Of a stretch of 64,000 nt of DNA, positions 55,309 through 64,000 are shown one piece after another. Origin of the DNA: a virus (lineage: Duplodnaviria; Heunggongvirae; Uroviricota; Caudoviricetes); the IMG/VR virus record IMGVR_UViG_3300037384_000074, positions 20,112 through 84,111 of that record. The stretch is one strand, 5' to 3'. Position numbers and translations under genes: made by a program. Under the pieces are notes generated by a model. That model ran no database searches, was not told the DNA's origin, and saw only the letters and a program-made list of their open reading frames with translations. How positions within the stretch are numbered: position 1 is the stretch's first letter; every line of letters starts with the position of its first letter.

Positions 55309-55652
55309 GCAAGATTACCAAGGAACAGATCACTCAGTGGATTGAGGATCTCAGGTCAGGAAATTACCGAAAGTGTACAGGTGTCCTAAAGATGATTGGT
55401 GTCGACAATGATTGTTCATATTGTGCGCTCGGCGTTCTTGCACTACAGCTTCAGGATCAGTATATGATCGAAGTGAATAAATCGAGTATTTCAGCTGAAT
55501 TGGTTGAACGCAATGGTACCCCTGTTGGGTATCGCCCTTTCGATGAATTGCTGGGCGGTTTTGAGGAAACCCAATCAATCTATCGACTTTCCGATGGAAG
55601 CGCTACATTTGACGCCGTGATTCAGTATTTGGAGAATAAGCTCAATGGCTAA
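55305..55652 (+). CDS. hypothetical protein
   Basis: ATGA overlap; CxxC pair (CSYCALG). Confidence 0.45.
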   Translation: MSKITKEQITQWIEDLRSGNYRKCTGVLKMIGVDNDCSYCALGVLALQLQDQYMIEVNKSSISAELVERNGTPVGYRPFDELLGGFEETQSIYRLSDGSATFDAVIQYLENKLNG

Positions 55653-56055
55653 GGTCACCATCACTAAACGTATCGAATACGATGTTAAGTATCTATACGT
55701 AGTTGCCAACGTTCGATACTGGGAAGACGCTGATATCAATGGCGTATCTGACGTAAATGGAACTCTGACGCCGTGCAAAGAAGGCCCACTCTGGTGTCCA
55801 ATTATTGACGTTGATAGTGGACAGATCACTAATTGGAAGCAGGGAACGACTGCTTCCATCCATTTCAAGGTATGTGACGAAGGCGAATATACGCTCAAGG
55901 ATGTCAATCGTACCACTATCACTTCGTATGCTGGCTACGTTCCTAACATGATGAGTCCTGCTGAACCCGGATATGGTGACTACATCATTATGAATATCGA
56001 TGAGAACGGATATATCGACAGTTGGAAATTTACGCCGTGGGTATTTGAAGATTGA
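55645..56055 (+). CDS. hypothetical protein
   Basis: 136-aa ORF. Confidence 0.45.
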   Translation: MAKVTITKRIEYDVKYLYVVANVRYWEDADINGVSDVNGTLTPCKEGPLWCPIIDVDSGQITNWKQGTTASIHFKVCDEGEYTLKDVNRTTITSYAGYVPNMMSPAEPGYGDYIIMNIDENGYIDSWKFTPWVFED

Positions 56056-56070
56056 ACCGGGAGAATAGAA

Positions 56071-56319
56071 ATGTCGGCAGCAACTCGTCAAGAAATTTCT
56101 GAATGGTTCGATCGTGGTCGTGACCAGAAGTCTCGATATATGGTTGTAGTGTGCGACACATATGACCATGATGACTATCCGAGCTACTTCGCCACTCGTG
56201 AAGGTGTGGTCGATAAGATCGCAAATCCCGGGAATATGCAGCGAGTTATGGAAGTGTACGATCTCAACAAGAACAAGGAAGAACAGCTCGATCTTCCTCG
56301 GGCGTGGTCAATAAGGTGA
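56071..56319 (+). CDS. hypothetical protein
   Basis: 82-aa ORF. Confidence 0.45.
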   Translation: MSAATRQEISEWFDRGRDQKSRYMVVVCDTYDHDDYPSYFATREGVVDKIANPGNMQRVMEVYDLNKNKEEQLDLPRAWSIR

Positions 56320-56322
56320 TTC

Positions 56323-56568
56323 ATGAACTATTTTGTCCTTCTCGATTATATTAATTGGAGTGCACTTGCCTCCTGGTGTTGGCCAGGACTGCTTGTGGCA
56401 ATTGTATTGGCGTATATCCAATGGTATAGTGGCAATCCAATTACAGTGAGAACGCTGTTTGCGGCTTGCCTGCTGACGTTGGTGGGCCCTATTTCGGTGA
56501 TTCTTGCACTAGGTCTGTTCATTGTTGTATGTGCCGATACTGCTGTCATTCCTGGTCGTAAGGGTTAG
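56323..56568 (+). CDS. small membrane protein
   Basis: Three hydrophobic segments. Confidence 0.4.
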   Translation: MNYFVLLDYINWSALASWCWPGLLVAIVLAYIQWYSGNPITVRTLFAACLLTLVGPISVILALGLFIVVCADTAVIPGRKG

Positions 56569-56636
56569 TCGATTTGGCAGTTGACCTATTCCGGATATGA
56601 CATATAGTCCTTATATCGTCAATTGGGAGAAATCAA

Positions 56637-56828
56637 ATGTTCCTCGGCATCCTTCTGGCAATCCTCAGCGGTCCCTTTTGGTTTTTCGGTATTGTATTTT
56701 GGATTGCCGCAGTCTTCAACGTACTGACCATAACGGGGCGACACTCAGTTTTGGGTAGGGATTTCTCGGTAAACGCAAGGCTACGTCCAAAGAGCGCTTT
56801 TGGTTCATGTTGGGTAGTTCCTGTGTGA
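56637..56828 (+). CDS. small membrane protein
   Basis: Hydrophobic N-terminus. Confidence 0.35.
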   Translation: MFLGILLAILSGPFWFFGIVFWIAAVFNVLTITGRHSVLGRDFSVNARLRPKSAFGSCWVVPV

Positions 56829-56868
56829 TCCTGTTCGCGTATTTCCTTGCTACGATCGGTTTCTGATT

Positions 56869-57060
56869 ATGAGTGAGATCAAGTATATCAAGGTTCCTAA
56901 GAAGGTTGGGGATATCTGGGTACTCTCTGTCGTCAAGACGAAATTCGGTGGCGAAGCCAGAAATTTCATAGCCTCAGTTTCGAACGACGCAGAAGCTGAT
57001 CAGGTGATCACACACGTCAAATCGGCTCTTGCACATCAAAAACGTATTAGTGGCCGATAA
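56869..57060 (+). CDS. hypothetical protein
   Basis: 63-aa ORF followed by a terminator. Confidence 0.4.
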   Translation: MSEIKYIKVPKKVGDIWVLSVVKTKFGGEARNFIASVSNDAEADQVITHVKSALAHQKRISGR

Positions 57061-57077
57061 ATACTGACACACAGTCC

Positions 57078-57106
57078 AAACGGGGCAAGCTTGCCCCGTT
57101 TTTGGC
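57078..57106 (+). terminator. rho-independent terminator
   Basis: AAACGGGGCAAGCTTGCCCCGTTT palindrome followed by TTGG; it resembles the 13338 terminator. Confidence 0.65.
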
Positions 57107-57260
57107 GTTTGAGGTTGAAAAGTGACCACACTTTTGTCTGCTGCCCTATCGATACTTTTTATTTTTGTGGTAATGGGTGGCACTATTGTTTTTCTGTTGC
57201 CTGTCTTGGCAATCTTCAGTATATTGATGCTAATTGCTGCACTTTGCCTGGAGAAGACAA

Positions 57261-57458
57261 ATGGTCGTGGAAAAGCCTAAGTTCCGATTCCGTACTGGCT
57301 TTCGTGGAAAGTTGATTCTGCAGGTTCAAGAGAGGCTCGAATATACCGACCCTCAGTGCTTCGACACGACATATTACAATCAGTGGCGTGATGCGACCGT
57401 GTCAGATATGACTGTCGATTGTCTGCTGATGTTGGATAACCTTTCGAAGGATCATTGA
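57261..57458 (+). CDS. hypothetical protein
   Basis: ORF 57234-57458; ATG 57261. Confidence 0.35.
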   Translation: MVVEKPKFRFRTGFRGKLILQVQERLEYTDPQCFDTTYYNQWRDATVSDMTVDCLLMLDNLSKDH

Positions 57459-57562
57459 AATGACTCAGCTTCTTCGCACTCGCCATGGCCGGATGTCCTG
57501 CGCGTTCGTGGCAATGTATTTCGCAACGTTTTTGTTTGTCGTATTCCACTAAGGATGCTATC

Positions 57563-57832
57563 ATGACTAAAGACAAGGGCCGATTCGAAGCATGGTACGA
57601 TCGTAAATCCGCATCAGAGAAATATTCTGATAGGGTAGTGGCACAGTTTGCCTTTTACTCGATCATTGCGCTTTTTATTGCGGCTCTCGCAGGGGCAACA
57701 TTCGCGGGCGGAATAGGGCTTAGCATTGCGCTAGAAGCGATCCATGGCTGGTTTAGCTTGCCTGGCCTGTTTCTGACTATTGTGATCATTGGCGTCAGTG
57801 TAATGGCACTTATTACTGCCAGAAAGAAGTGA
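57563..57832 (+). CDS. membrane protein
   Basis: AAGGA RBS; two TM helices. Confidence 0.4.
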   Translation: MTKDKGRFEAWYDRKSASEKYSDRVVAQFAFYSIIALFIAALAGATFAGGIGLSIALEAIHGWFSLPGLFLTIVIIGVSVMALITARKK

Positions 57833-57835
57833 AAA

Positions 57836-58042
57836 TTGGCCGGATTTAACAAGAACTTTAGTGTTGACGAACGTGTTAAAATCGTCAACACTAATGAATT
57901 ACTTGATGGAACGACTGGAACCATTCTGGGCCAGTCGACAACCGGCGTTATAAACAACGCATACATTGTGTTGTTGGACGTCCCTCTTACAACTCATAAG
58001 GCAATTACAATGCCTGAAAGCCTACTGGAAAGAATTCCATGA
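57836..58042 (+). CDS. hypothetical protein
   Basis: 68-aa ORF. Confidence 0.35.
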   Translation: MAGFNKNFSVDERVKIVNTNELLDGTTGTILGQSTTGVINNAYIVLLDVPLTTHKAITMPESLLERIP

Positions 58043-58680
58043 AAACATTTCGCCTGACTGCCGCAATTCGTGACGAAATCATCGAGGATATGATCAGTCA
58101 TCGATACCTTGAAGAATGTCATGAGCACATCATGCATATGAAGTGCTTTGCTGAAGCCGTGTATGAGGATATTTATTCCGAGAAGACTCGTGCTGAATTT
58201 GAAGCTCTTCCGAAGGGCTGGCTGCCTGAGTCAACGATGATCAAGGTTATTTTCGGCAATAGTCACGCTGAACTCAATTTCAATGGTCTATTCGAAACCC
58301 GTTATTCGAATCAGGAATTTAGCTTCCTGAAAGATTTCGACACTAAGGTTTACCAGCCAATTTCGAAGAGACTTCCTGATAAGGATAAGGGGAGTTGGAT
58401 CAAGCGGTATGAAGCCAACTCGTCAATGGCGATCGAGTATGACCAGTTGATCAATGACCGTAAGACAATCATTGCCGAGATGAAGGATTCGAAAACAAAG
58501 CTCGGAGGAGTCCTAAATAGCTTCTCTTCTTCTGGACCTCTGGTCGAATCCTGGCCTGAAATTGCTCCTTTCCTGAAGAAGTTCATTAAGGAGCCGGCTC
58601 CTCTTCCTGCAATCCCAGTCGAGTCGTTTAACGCCACATTCAAGCTTCCTATCACGACCGAAAATAAAATCGCAGCCTGA
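58039..58680 (+). CDS. hypothetical protein
   Basis: 213-aa ORF, ATGA overlap. Confidence 0.5.
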   Translation: MKTFRLTAAIRDEIIEDMISHRYLEECHEHIMHMKCFAEAVYEDIYSEKTRAEFEALPKGWLPESTMIKVIFGNSHAELNFNGLFETRYSNQEFSFLKDFDTKVYQPISKRLPDKDKGSWIKRYEANSSMAIEYDQLINDRKTIIAEMKDSKTKLGGVLNSFSSSGPLVESWPEIAPFLKKFIKEPAPLPAIPVESFNATFKLPITTENKIAA

Positions 58681-59114
58681 ATAAAAATCTCAAATAACAG
58701 TTGTCTGCGAGAAGCGAATATCGGATAAAGATCTTGTTGAGATTGGTTGCCACGAGCAACCGCACTTGAGAGCGAAAGCAATCAAACAGCAGGAGGTTAT
58801 CATGTAGCAATCTGGATTTTTATCTTTTGGAAACAGTTGAAAAAGTTTAGATTAGATGTGATAAAGATATAGACGATGCTAACAAGCTTAGTCTACCGTC
58901 CAGGTGCTAGCGGGTGGATAATACCCCTGGGTAATACGTCCTAGTCTTAGTGGCGTGACAGTCCGGAGAGTGGTTCAAGTGAACGGACAAGGAATGCAGA
59001 ATTCCTGAACATTAAACGCTTGATATTCTATCTGCATTGGGGTATCAAGACGGAAGCCTGATTGCGACGAACGGGTTTAATTAAAAGATTGAGGTGTTGC
59101 AATCGCACCTCTTT

Positions 59115-59353
59115 CTCTCTAATTAGATGGGTAGAGATAGGAAGAATGAATGATTGCAATCATTCATATCTTCTGACAAGATCAGTAAAATGCAGTGAAA
59201 GTCTAGGGATCCCGCTTGACCGTTGTGTGGGACAAGGCAAGTATCTGATAGTGTTTGGTTCAGCGATATCGAGATGACTCAGTAAAATGGTCCTGTTTGG
59301 TCATCACGCTTAAGACCAGCCGAAAGATCTTCTCTACCTTTCTAATTAGAGAG
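59115..59353. repeat. 239-bp element bounded by 23-bp terminal inverted repeats (21/23 match) inside the ORF-poor region
   Basis: CTCTCTAATTAGATGGGTAGAGA at 59115 and its reverse complement TCTCTACCTTTCTAATTAGAGAG at 59331; an internal 10-bp-stem hairpin ATGAATGATTgcAATCATTCAT; an 11-nt direct repeat CAGTAAAATG. Confidence 0.4.
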
Positions 59354-60552
59354 GCGAGTATTTAGTGAAGCAGAGGGCTATTAGGTATAGATCTCCCACG
59401 CATGCAGGAGGTCGAGAAGGGTACAACGACACCGTCCCTTACCTGAGTTGCTATTGCGGGGACAAACGGCACTCGATGATTCTAGATCAATTCGATGCCT
59501 CTGTTTCACTAAGTATTTGTTGACTTTATACGCCTGTAGATTGAATATCTACGTGCACAGTAGTAAACGGATGTGTGGTGGACCACAGGGCCCTCTGAAA
59601 AGGGCCCGTTCTGGGTTCGATTCCTGGCTCTGGTTTGATCTACAGGCGTATAAAGTCAAGCTGTTTGAAATGTGAATTAGAACTTCTGAACTGAGCTTTG
59701 ATGGTATATCACCTTATGGGAGAATGGCCCATGGGTAGATATTCGGGAACAATCGTATGGAATGCTGCAACATTCCTATATAAACCCCGACCATTTGCAG
59801 ATGGCTCGCTTGAACTAGCGACGAGTCAAGGCTCTGTTCAGAAGTTCTTTAGTGTCATATTCGCAAATTATAGAATACAACGTTGAGTGTTGAATCAAGC
59901 GAAAGAACGGGTCGACCGATCAGGCAACTTCGTGGAAATAAATACACTAGCGGCGAGTTAGGCTACCTGAAAGCAATCCTCGTGTAACAGAGTTAGGGTG
60001 ATGTAAACTGTGGCAAGTAGTGAATTGGTCGAAATTCACGAAAGGATCATAGGCTAAGTTGGATAGTAGTCGAAGAGGTTCGGCCGAACTTTTAGGTGAA
60101 ATTTGGCGATGCAGCATGACAGGTCCAAAAATAAATCCTGCTGTGTAGGTGGAATCCCTACCCCTTACAGATTTGAATTGACTGAGTGACGGTTTCCAAG
60201 GTATGCGAAAGTAGGAGCGTCGTTTCACTCTGAGGATAGCAGAAAAAGGCGGGTAGAGCTTAATAGGCTCCTGTGGGGTTTGCCGCCAGGTATTAGTACG
60301 GAACGTGAGTTTGGCAGAAATGCCGGAAACGGAACTCTCTCCTGAAAGTTATCTGTCCACCGACAATACGAATTGGCTCTCTGGCGAAATGGTAGACGCA
60401 CCTCGCGAAGAGTTGATGGAAGTAGTAAGCGAAGGATATCATGTATTAGCTAGTGCATGATTTGAGAATGCGCTGCGAAACGGGATGCGAAGATTCTAGC
60501 TGGATAGAGGCGCCGCGATACCAGTGAGGAATAATAGCAGAACACCATTGTT

Positions 60553-60580
60553 CCAGGTTCGAGTCCTGGGAGGGCCACCA
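60553..60580 (+). other. tRNA-like 3' portion (T arm + acceptor 3' strand + CCA)
   Basis: CCAGG-TTCGAGT-CCTGG, then GAGGGCC-A-CCA. A possible 5' partner GGCTCTC sits 170 nt upstream at 60375. Confidence 0.35.
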
Positions 60581-60586
60581 AATTAG

Positions 60587-60614
60587 AACCCCGTTCCTTG
60601 ATTGGAACGGGGTT
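60587..60614 (+). terminator. hairpin, possible terminator before the tail fibre genes
   Basis: AACCCCGTTCC-ttgatt-GGAACGGGGTT, 11-bp stem. Confidence 0.4.
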
Positions 60615-60635
60615 CATTCGTTGATAAATAGGTTC

Positions 60636-62006
60636 ATGCAACCAACTCTCTCACTATATCTAAACACAAATGCCCCTGCTAAAAGAATTCAATTCTTAGG
60701 AGTTGACTTTACAGGATCTGTCGTTGAACTTGTTCTAACGAACCTAGTGACATCAGAGGAGATCACTCTTTCGACAGCAGATGATGAGATCTCAATTGAT
60801 CAAGACATTGTTGTTTGGGATTACGATCAAACAATTTTGGAACAGCTTCCGGTAGGAAATTGGACATCCTTTTCTGTGTATCGCAGTATTGGTGAAACGC
60901 GCGAATTCATTGGGTCCGGTCGCGTCTCCATAATTGCAAATGGTGGATACCAGGTCGACAACGGTACAATGGTTATCAACGTACCAGGTGTTAGAGGACC
61001 TGCTGGTACGCTTGAGGTTGATAGTGTTGTCACTCTCGATCCCGATGAAGATGCATATATTGAAGAGCTCGGTACCAACACTGAGTCCGCGTGGAGAGTA
61101 GGCATCCCTCGTGGATACACTGGGTTAACTCCAGATATAGAGATTTTATCAACCACAACTCTAGCTGCAGGACAGCCCGCCACGGTGACGCTCGATCCGA
61201 GCAGCACGCCGGAAGAGCCGAAGCTGGTGTTCGGGGTGCCGAAGGGCGACACGGGCGCGACGCCGGACATCTCGGTGCTCTCGACCGCCACGCTGGCGCC
61301 CAGCCAGCCCGCCACGGTGACGCTTGACCCGAGCAGCACGCCGGAAGAGCCGAAGCTGGTATTCGGCGTCCCGCGCGGTGACACGGGCGCGACGGGTCTG
61401 ACGCCTGCAATCTCGGTGCTCTCGACTTCTACCCTTGCGCCGGGATCGCAGGCAACCGTCGCGCTCGATCCCTCCAGCACCCCGGAAGCGCCTAAGCTCA
61501 ACTTCGGCGTCCCGCGCGGCGACACGGGAGACACGGGCGCCGCTGCGACGATCGTGATTGCTGGCACGGACACGCTTGCCCCCGGCGCGCCGGCAACCGT
61601 CGTTAATGAGGGCACGTCCGCAGCGGCAAGCCTGCGTGTTGGCATCCCTGCCGGCGTGCAGGGCCTGCCCGGCGCCCCCGGCGAGCCGCTGGCGCTGGTG
61701 GTGAGCGACACGACAGATATCGGCCTCGGTGGATGGTGGGTGGCGCGAGATTATCACGGTGCCGCCACCTGCGATTATCTCCGCGCGGAAATGCTGGTTG
61801 GTGAGGCCGACGCTGTGACGCTTGCCGTGCGGAAGAATGGCGCGACCGTCCGCAGTGGTATCGCACTCGGTGCCGGTGTGACTGTGATCACAGATCTTGG
61901 CCTTGTGCTCGCAGAAGGCGACCAAGTATCCGTACATCGCGTTGGCGGCGGTACGCTCACAGGACCATGGATGATGCTAGTTCAAATCGACGGAAGGACG
62001 CCCTGA
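60636..62006 (+). CDS. tail fibre-like structural protein with tandem 40-aa repeats and a short collagen-like stretch
   Basis: Three tandem copies of (L/P)xxISVLSTxTLAxxQPATVTLDPSSTPEEPKLVFGVPRGDTGxTG; GIPAGVQGLPGAPGEP; GC rises to about 68% within the gene. Confidence 0.6.
   Translation: MQPTLSLYLNTNAPAKRIQFLGVDFTGSVVELVLTNLVTSEEITLSTADDEISIDQDIVVWDYDQTILEQLPVGNWTSFSVYRSIGETREFIGSGRVSIIANGGYQVDNGTMVINVPGVRGPAGTLEVDSVVTLDPDEDAYIEELGTNTESAWRVGIPRGYTGLTPDIEILSTTTLAAGQPATVTLDPSSTPEEPKLVFGVPKGDTGATPDISVLSTATLAPSQPATVTLDPSSTPEEPKLVFGVPRGDTGATGLTPAISVLSTSTLAPGSQATVALDPSSTPEAPKLNFGVPRGDTGDTGAAATIVIAGTDTLAPGAPATVVNEGTSAAASLRVGIPAGVQGLPGAPGEPLALVVSDTTDIGLGGWWVARDYHGAATCDYLRAEMLVGEADAVTLAVRKNGATVRSGIALGAGVTVITDLGLVLAEGDQVSVHRVGGGTLTGPWMMLVQIDGRTP
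61131..61531 (+). repeat. tandem repeat, about 3 x 120-132 bp, inside the tail fibre gene
   Basis: ...GCCACGGTGACGCT(C/T)GA(T/C)CCGAGCAGCACGCCGGAAGAGCCGAAGCTGGT(G/A)TTCGG... is repeated. Confidence 0.7.
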
Positions 62007-63361
62007 TGCCTACGCTTACCTATGCCAATATCGGCAAGCTCCCGATCAAGCCGACGCTGCAAGATTTTTTCAGCAATGGTGAGGCTGGCGCCGCTTCAGC
62101 TTTTCCCGATTTGTCGTCGCTCTATCAGGACGCGGCAGGCACGGTGCCGGTGACGGCGATTGGTCAACAGGTCTACCGGGTCAACGACCTCAGCGGCCGC
62201 AACAATCACCTCTTGCAGGCGACGGCGCTTGCTCGCCCTCGGCTTGGGCGAACGCCGGCGGGTGGCGTACGGAATTTGCTTCAACAGACTGAAGCATTTG
62301 ACAATACCTTTTGGACAAAGACAAACGTGTCTGTAGCACCGAGCGCTACAGCTGCGCCTGATGGTGTATCCGCAGTATATGAAATAACGCCATCTGCTGT
62401 GCTTGGCTATGCTCATGGCGTCTCTGTAATCGTGGCACTTACCAGTGTAGCGTATACTGTTTCATGCTATGCAAAGGCAAATGAATACAATGTCCTCGTG
62501 TTTGTGCTTAACAATAGCTCAAGCACGAGTATAAGCTTCGACTTGAGCACTGGTGTTTTGGGGGCCAATCCACAAGGATATGGTTTTAGCATAGAAAATT
62601 CGGGCAACGGATGGTTTCGGTGTTCGTTCACATTTACGCCGGGCGCGGGAAACAATACCATCAGAATAATAGCCAGGAACGACAGCGTTGTCGCAAACTG
62701 GACGCCAGACGGTACATCCGGCATCTGCATCTGTGGCGCTCAACTCGAACTTGGCTCCACTGTCACCCCTTACCAGCGCGTCACAACACAATGGGACGTC
62801 ACCGAGGCCGGCAAGCGCGACTGCTATTGCCTCTATGGCGACGGCATCGACGACACGATGGCGACCGCTGGTGCCGTCCTGCCCGTGCGAAATGGCTTGT
62901 CGCTGATTGGCGCCTTTAACGCTGTCACACCGGGGGCGTCCTCCTCCTTCGCTACAACCTTTGGCCTCGTCTCGGGAGCGGTCGGGTTCACCCTCTTAAC
63001 CCGCAGACAGGCTGATTTCCGTCAGGTGGGCGCTTATGTGCGTGGTGCTGGTGGCGCAACTATCACGCCGATCACAAATCTTGGAAACGCAGGGTTTGAC
63101 TACGGGCGCCCATTCATAACGTCGGCGACGCAGAATGCTGATAATTTACAGGTGTTGTCGATTAACCCGGAAGGCAACGCTTCTGCGCCATCCGCGCTTG
63201 GCTTGACAACCACAGCGTTTCTTCCTCTGGGCGCTTTCATTGTGGCGGGCAATTCCCCGATTTTCTGGTATGGCGGGCTGGCAATTGATCGCCCGCTCAC
63301 TTCGCTGGAACGTGAAATTGCAATGGAGTACTACGCCTATATCTCAGGAGCAATCGAATGA
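62006..63361 (+). CDS. tail fibre-like structural protein
   Basis: TGATG overlap with the upstream gene. The N-terminal module LSSLYQDAAGTVPVTAIGQQV...HLLQATALARPRLGR is shared with the next gene. Confidence 0.55.
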   Translation: MPTLTYANIGKLPIKPTLQDFFSNGEAGAASAFPDLSSLYQDAAGTVPVTAIGQQVYRVNDLSGRNNHLLQATALARPRLGRTPAGGVRNLLQQTEAFDNTFWTKTNVSVAPSATAAPDGVSAVYEITPSAVLGYAHGVSVIVALTSVAYTVSCYAKANEYNVLVFVLNNSSSTSISFDLSTGVLGANPQGYGFSIENSGNGWFRCSFTFTPGAGNNTIRIIARNDSVVANWTPDGTSGICICGAQLELGSTVTPYQRVTTQWDVTEAGKRDCYCLYGDGIDDTMATAGAVLPVRNGLSLIGAFNAVTPGASSSFATTFGLVSGAVGFTLLTRRQADFRQVGAYVRGAGGATITPITNLGNAGFDYGRPFITSATQNADNLQVLSINPEGNASAPSALGLTTTAFLPLGAFIVAGNSPIFWYGGLAIDRPLTSLEREIAMEYYAYISGAIE

Positions 63362-64000
63362 CACAAATGACTTATACTGAAATCGGAAAACCTGTCATTG
63401 ATCCTGCGATGTTAGACCTGTTTGTTTATAATGAACAGGGCCTCTGGCTCGACCCCTCCGACCTCTCGACGCTCTTTCAGGACACGGCCGGGACCACCCC
63501 TGTAACGGCTCCGGGGCAGACCGTGGCGCTTGCGTTGGATAAGCGCTTGGGGCTTCGACGCGGGCCGGAATTGGTATCGAACGGCGACTTCTCGAATGGG
63601 CCAGCGGGGTATGTTGAAGCTCTGAACGGCACAATCAGCTACGCAAACGCAACCATGTTGGCGACGGGGACGACTGGCAATACTGGCGTGTATCGGGATG
63701 TTGCAGTTGTTGCCGGCCGCCCATATCAGGTATCGTGGCGGCAGGTTTCGGGCTCCAATAATCGCATCAACATCTATAACGGCGCGTCCTTCGCGTCTTC
63801 ACTTTACAACAATGGGGTGGGTGACACTATAACGGGCACGAGGTCTGTAATAGTTCTGCCTACCGCAACAGTGCTCCGAATTTATATCCACACTGCTCCG
63901 GGCTTCACGGCAGAGTTCGACAACGTTTCTGTGCGCGATCTTGAGGGTAATCACCTAATCCAGCCTGTAGCCCTCTCGCGCCCGACGCTGGGGCGACATC
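63358..64000 (+). CDS. tail fibre-like protein, 5' partial (runs past the window end)
   Basis: ATGA overlap. N-terminal LSTLFQDTAGTTPVTAPGQTV...RLGLRRG repeats the module of the upstream gene, and recurs as HLIQPVALSRPTLGR at the window end. Confidence 0.5.
   Translation, partial: MTQMTYTEIGKPVIDPAMLDLFVYNEQGLWLDPSDLSTLFQDTAGTTPVTAPGQTVALALDKRLGLRRGPELVSNGDFSNGPAGYVEALNGTISYANATMLATGTTGNTGVYRDVAVVAGRPYQVSWRQVSGSNNRINIYNGASFASSLYNNGVGDTITGTRSVIVLPTATVLRIYIHTAPGFTAEFDNVSVRDLEGNHLIQPVALSRPTLGRH

Noticed and set aside
59582-59634. tRNA candidate built on the T arm at 59611-59627
   Set aside because: An acceptor stem (6/7) and a D-like hairpin can be drawn, but there is no anticodon arm (6 nt between the D and T arms). 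It is kept only as a tRNA-like fragment.
60827-61937. Long minus-strand ORFs (294, 258, 126 aa) antisense to the tail fibre gene
   Set aside because: They lie in the about 68% GC repetitive segment, where stop codons are rare on all frames. They have no RBS, and their proline/arginine/alanine-rich low-complexity translations mirror the sense-strand repeats.

Overview
This 64-kb window is T4-like (Straboviridae-type) myophage DNA, about 45% GC and almost entirely plus-strand coding. Four parts can be told apart.

(1) 0.1-20 kb is a replication and nucleotide-metabolism module. It holds a gp61-like primase, class I RNR NrdB and a short NrdA lacking the ATP cone, a glutaredoxin-like redoxin, an FkbM methyltransferase, a GIY-YIG fragment, a GT-B glycosyltransferase, RNase H, PhoH, UvsX and a gp41 helicase. 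The family-B DNA polymerase is interrupted inside catalytic motif B by a Vsr/DUF559-type homing-endonuclease ORF.

(2) 19.6-35 kb starts with a separated spanin pair, a DUF2493/SLOG protein, a PTH2-type peptidyl-tRNA hydrolase, a pol-beta nucleotidyltransferase and a trypsin-like protease. It continues with ThyX and then a dense tRNA end-repair and maturation cluster. That cluster holds an HD-domain CCA-adding enzyme, an Rnl1-type RNA ligase split by one in-frame TAA, a kinase-only polynucleotide kinase, a second CCA-head-like nucleotidyltransferase, a YqeY/GatB-domain protein and an ATP-dependent ligase fused to a Myf/Trbp111-like tRNA-binding OB domain. An SPFH protein and an NAD-dependent LigA follow.

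(3) 36-58 kb is a hyperplastic accessory region of more than 60 small ORFs. At least 11 copies of a conserved intergenic cassette punctuate it. Each cassette is a GC-rich hairpin terminator followed by TTTATCAACTGAGGGAGAG-N3-AAATG, analogous to the PeSL cassettes of T4-type phages. The region also holds a 0.8-kb GC-rich (~65%) foreign island with a chimeric VRR-NUC nuclease gene, bracketed by imperfect direct repeats. Two tandem diphtheria-toxin/Tpt1-like ADP-ribosyltransferase-fold genes on the minus strand, several paralogue families and an atypical tRNA(CAU) are here too.

(4) A 1.9-kb ORF-poor structured region (58.7-60.6 kb) contains a TIR-bounded element and a tRNA-like 3' end. It precedes three tail-fibre-like genes that share an N-terminal module, carry tandem 120-bp repeats and are GC-mosaic.

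Most products are inferred from motifs read in the translated ORFs. No database search was possible.
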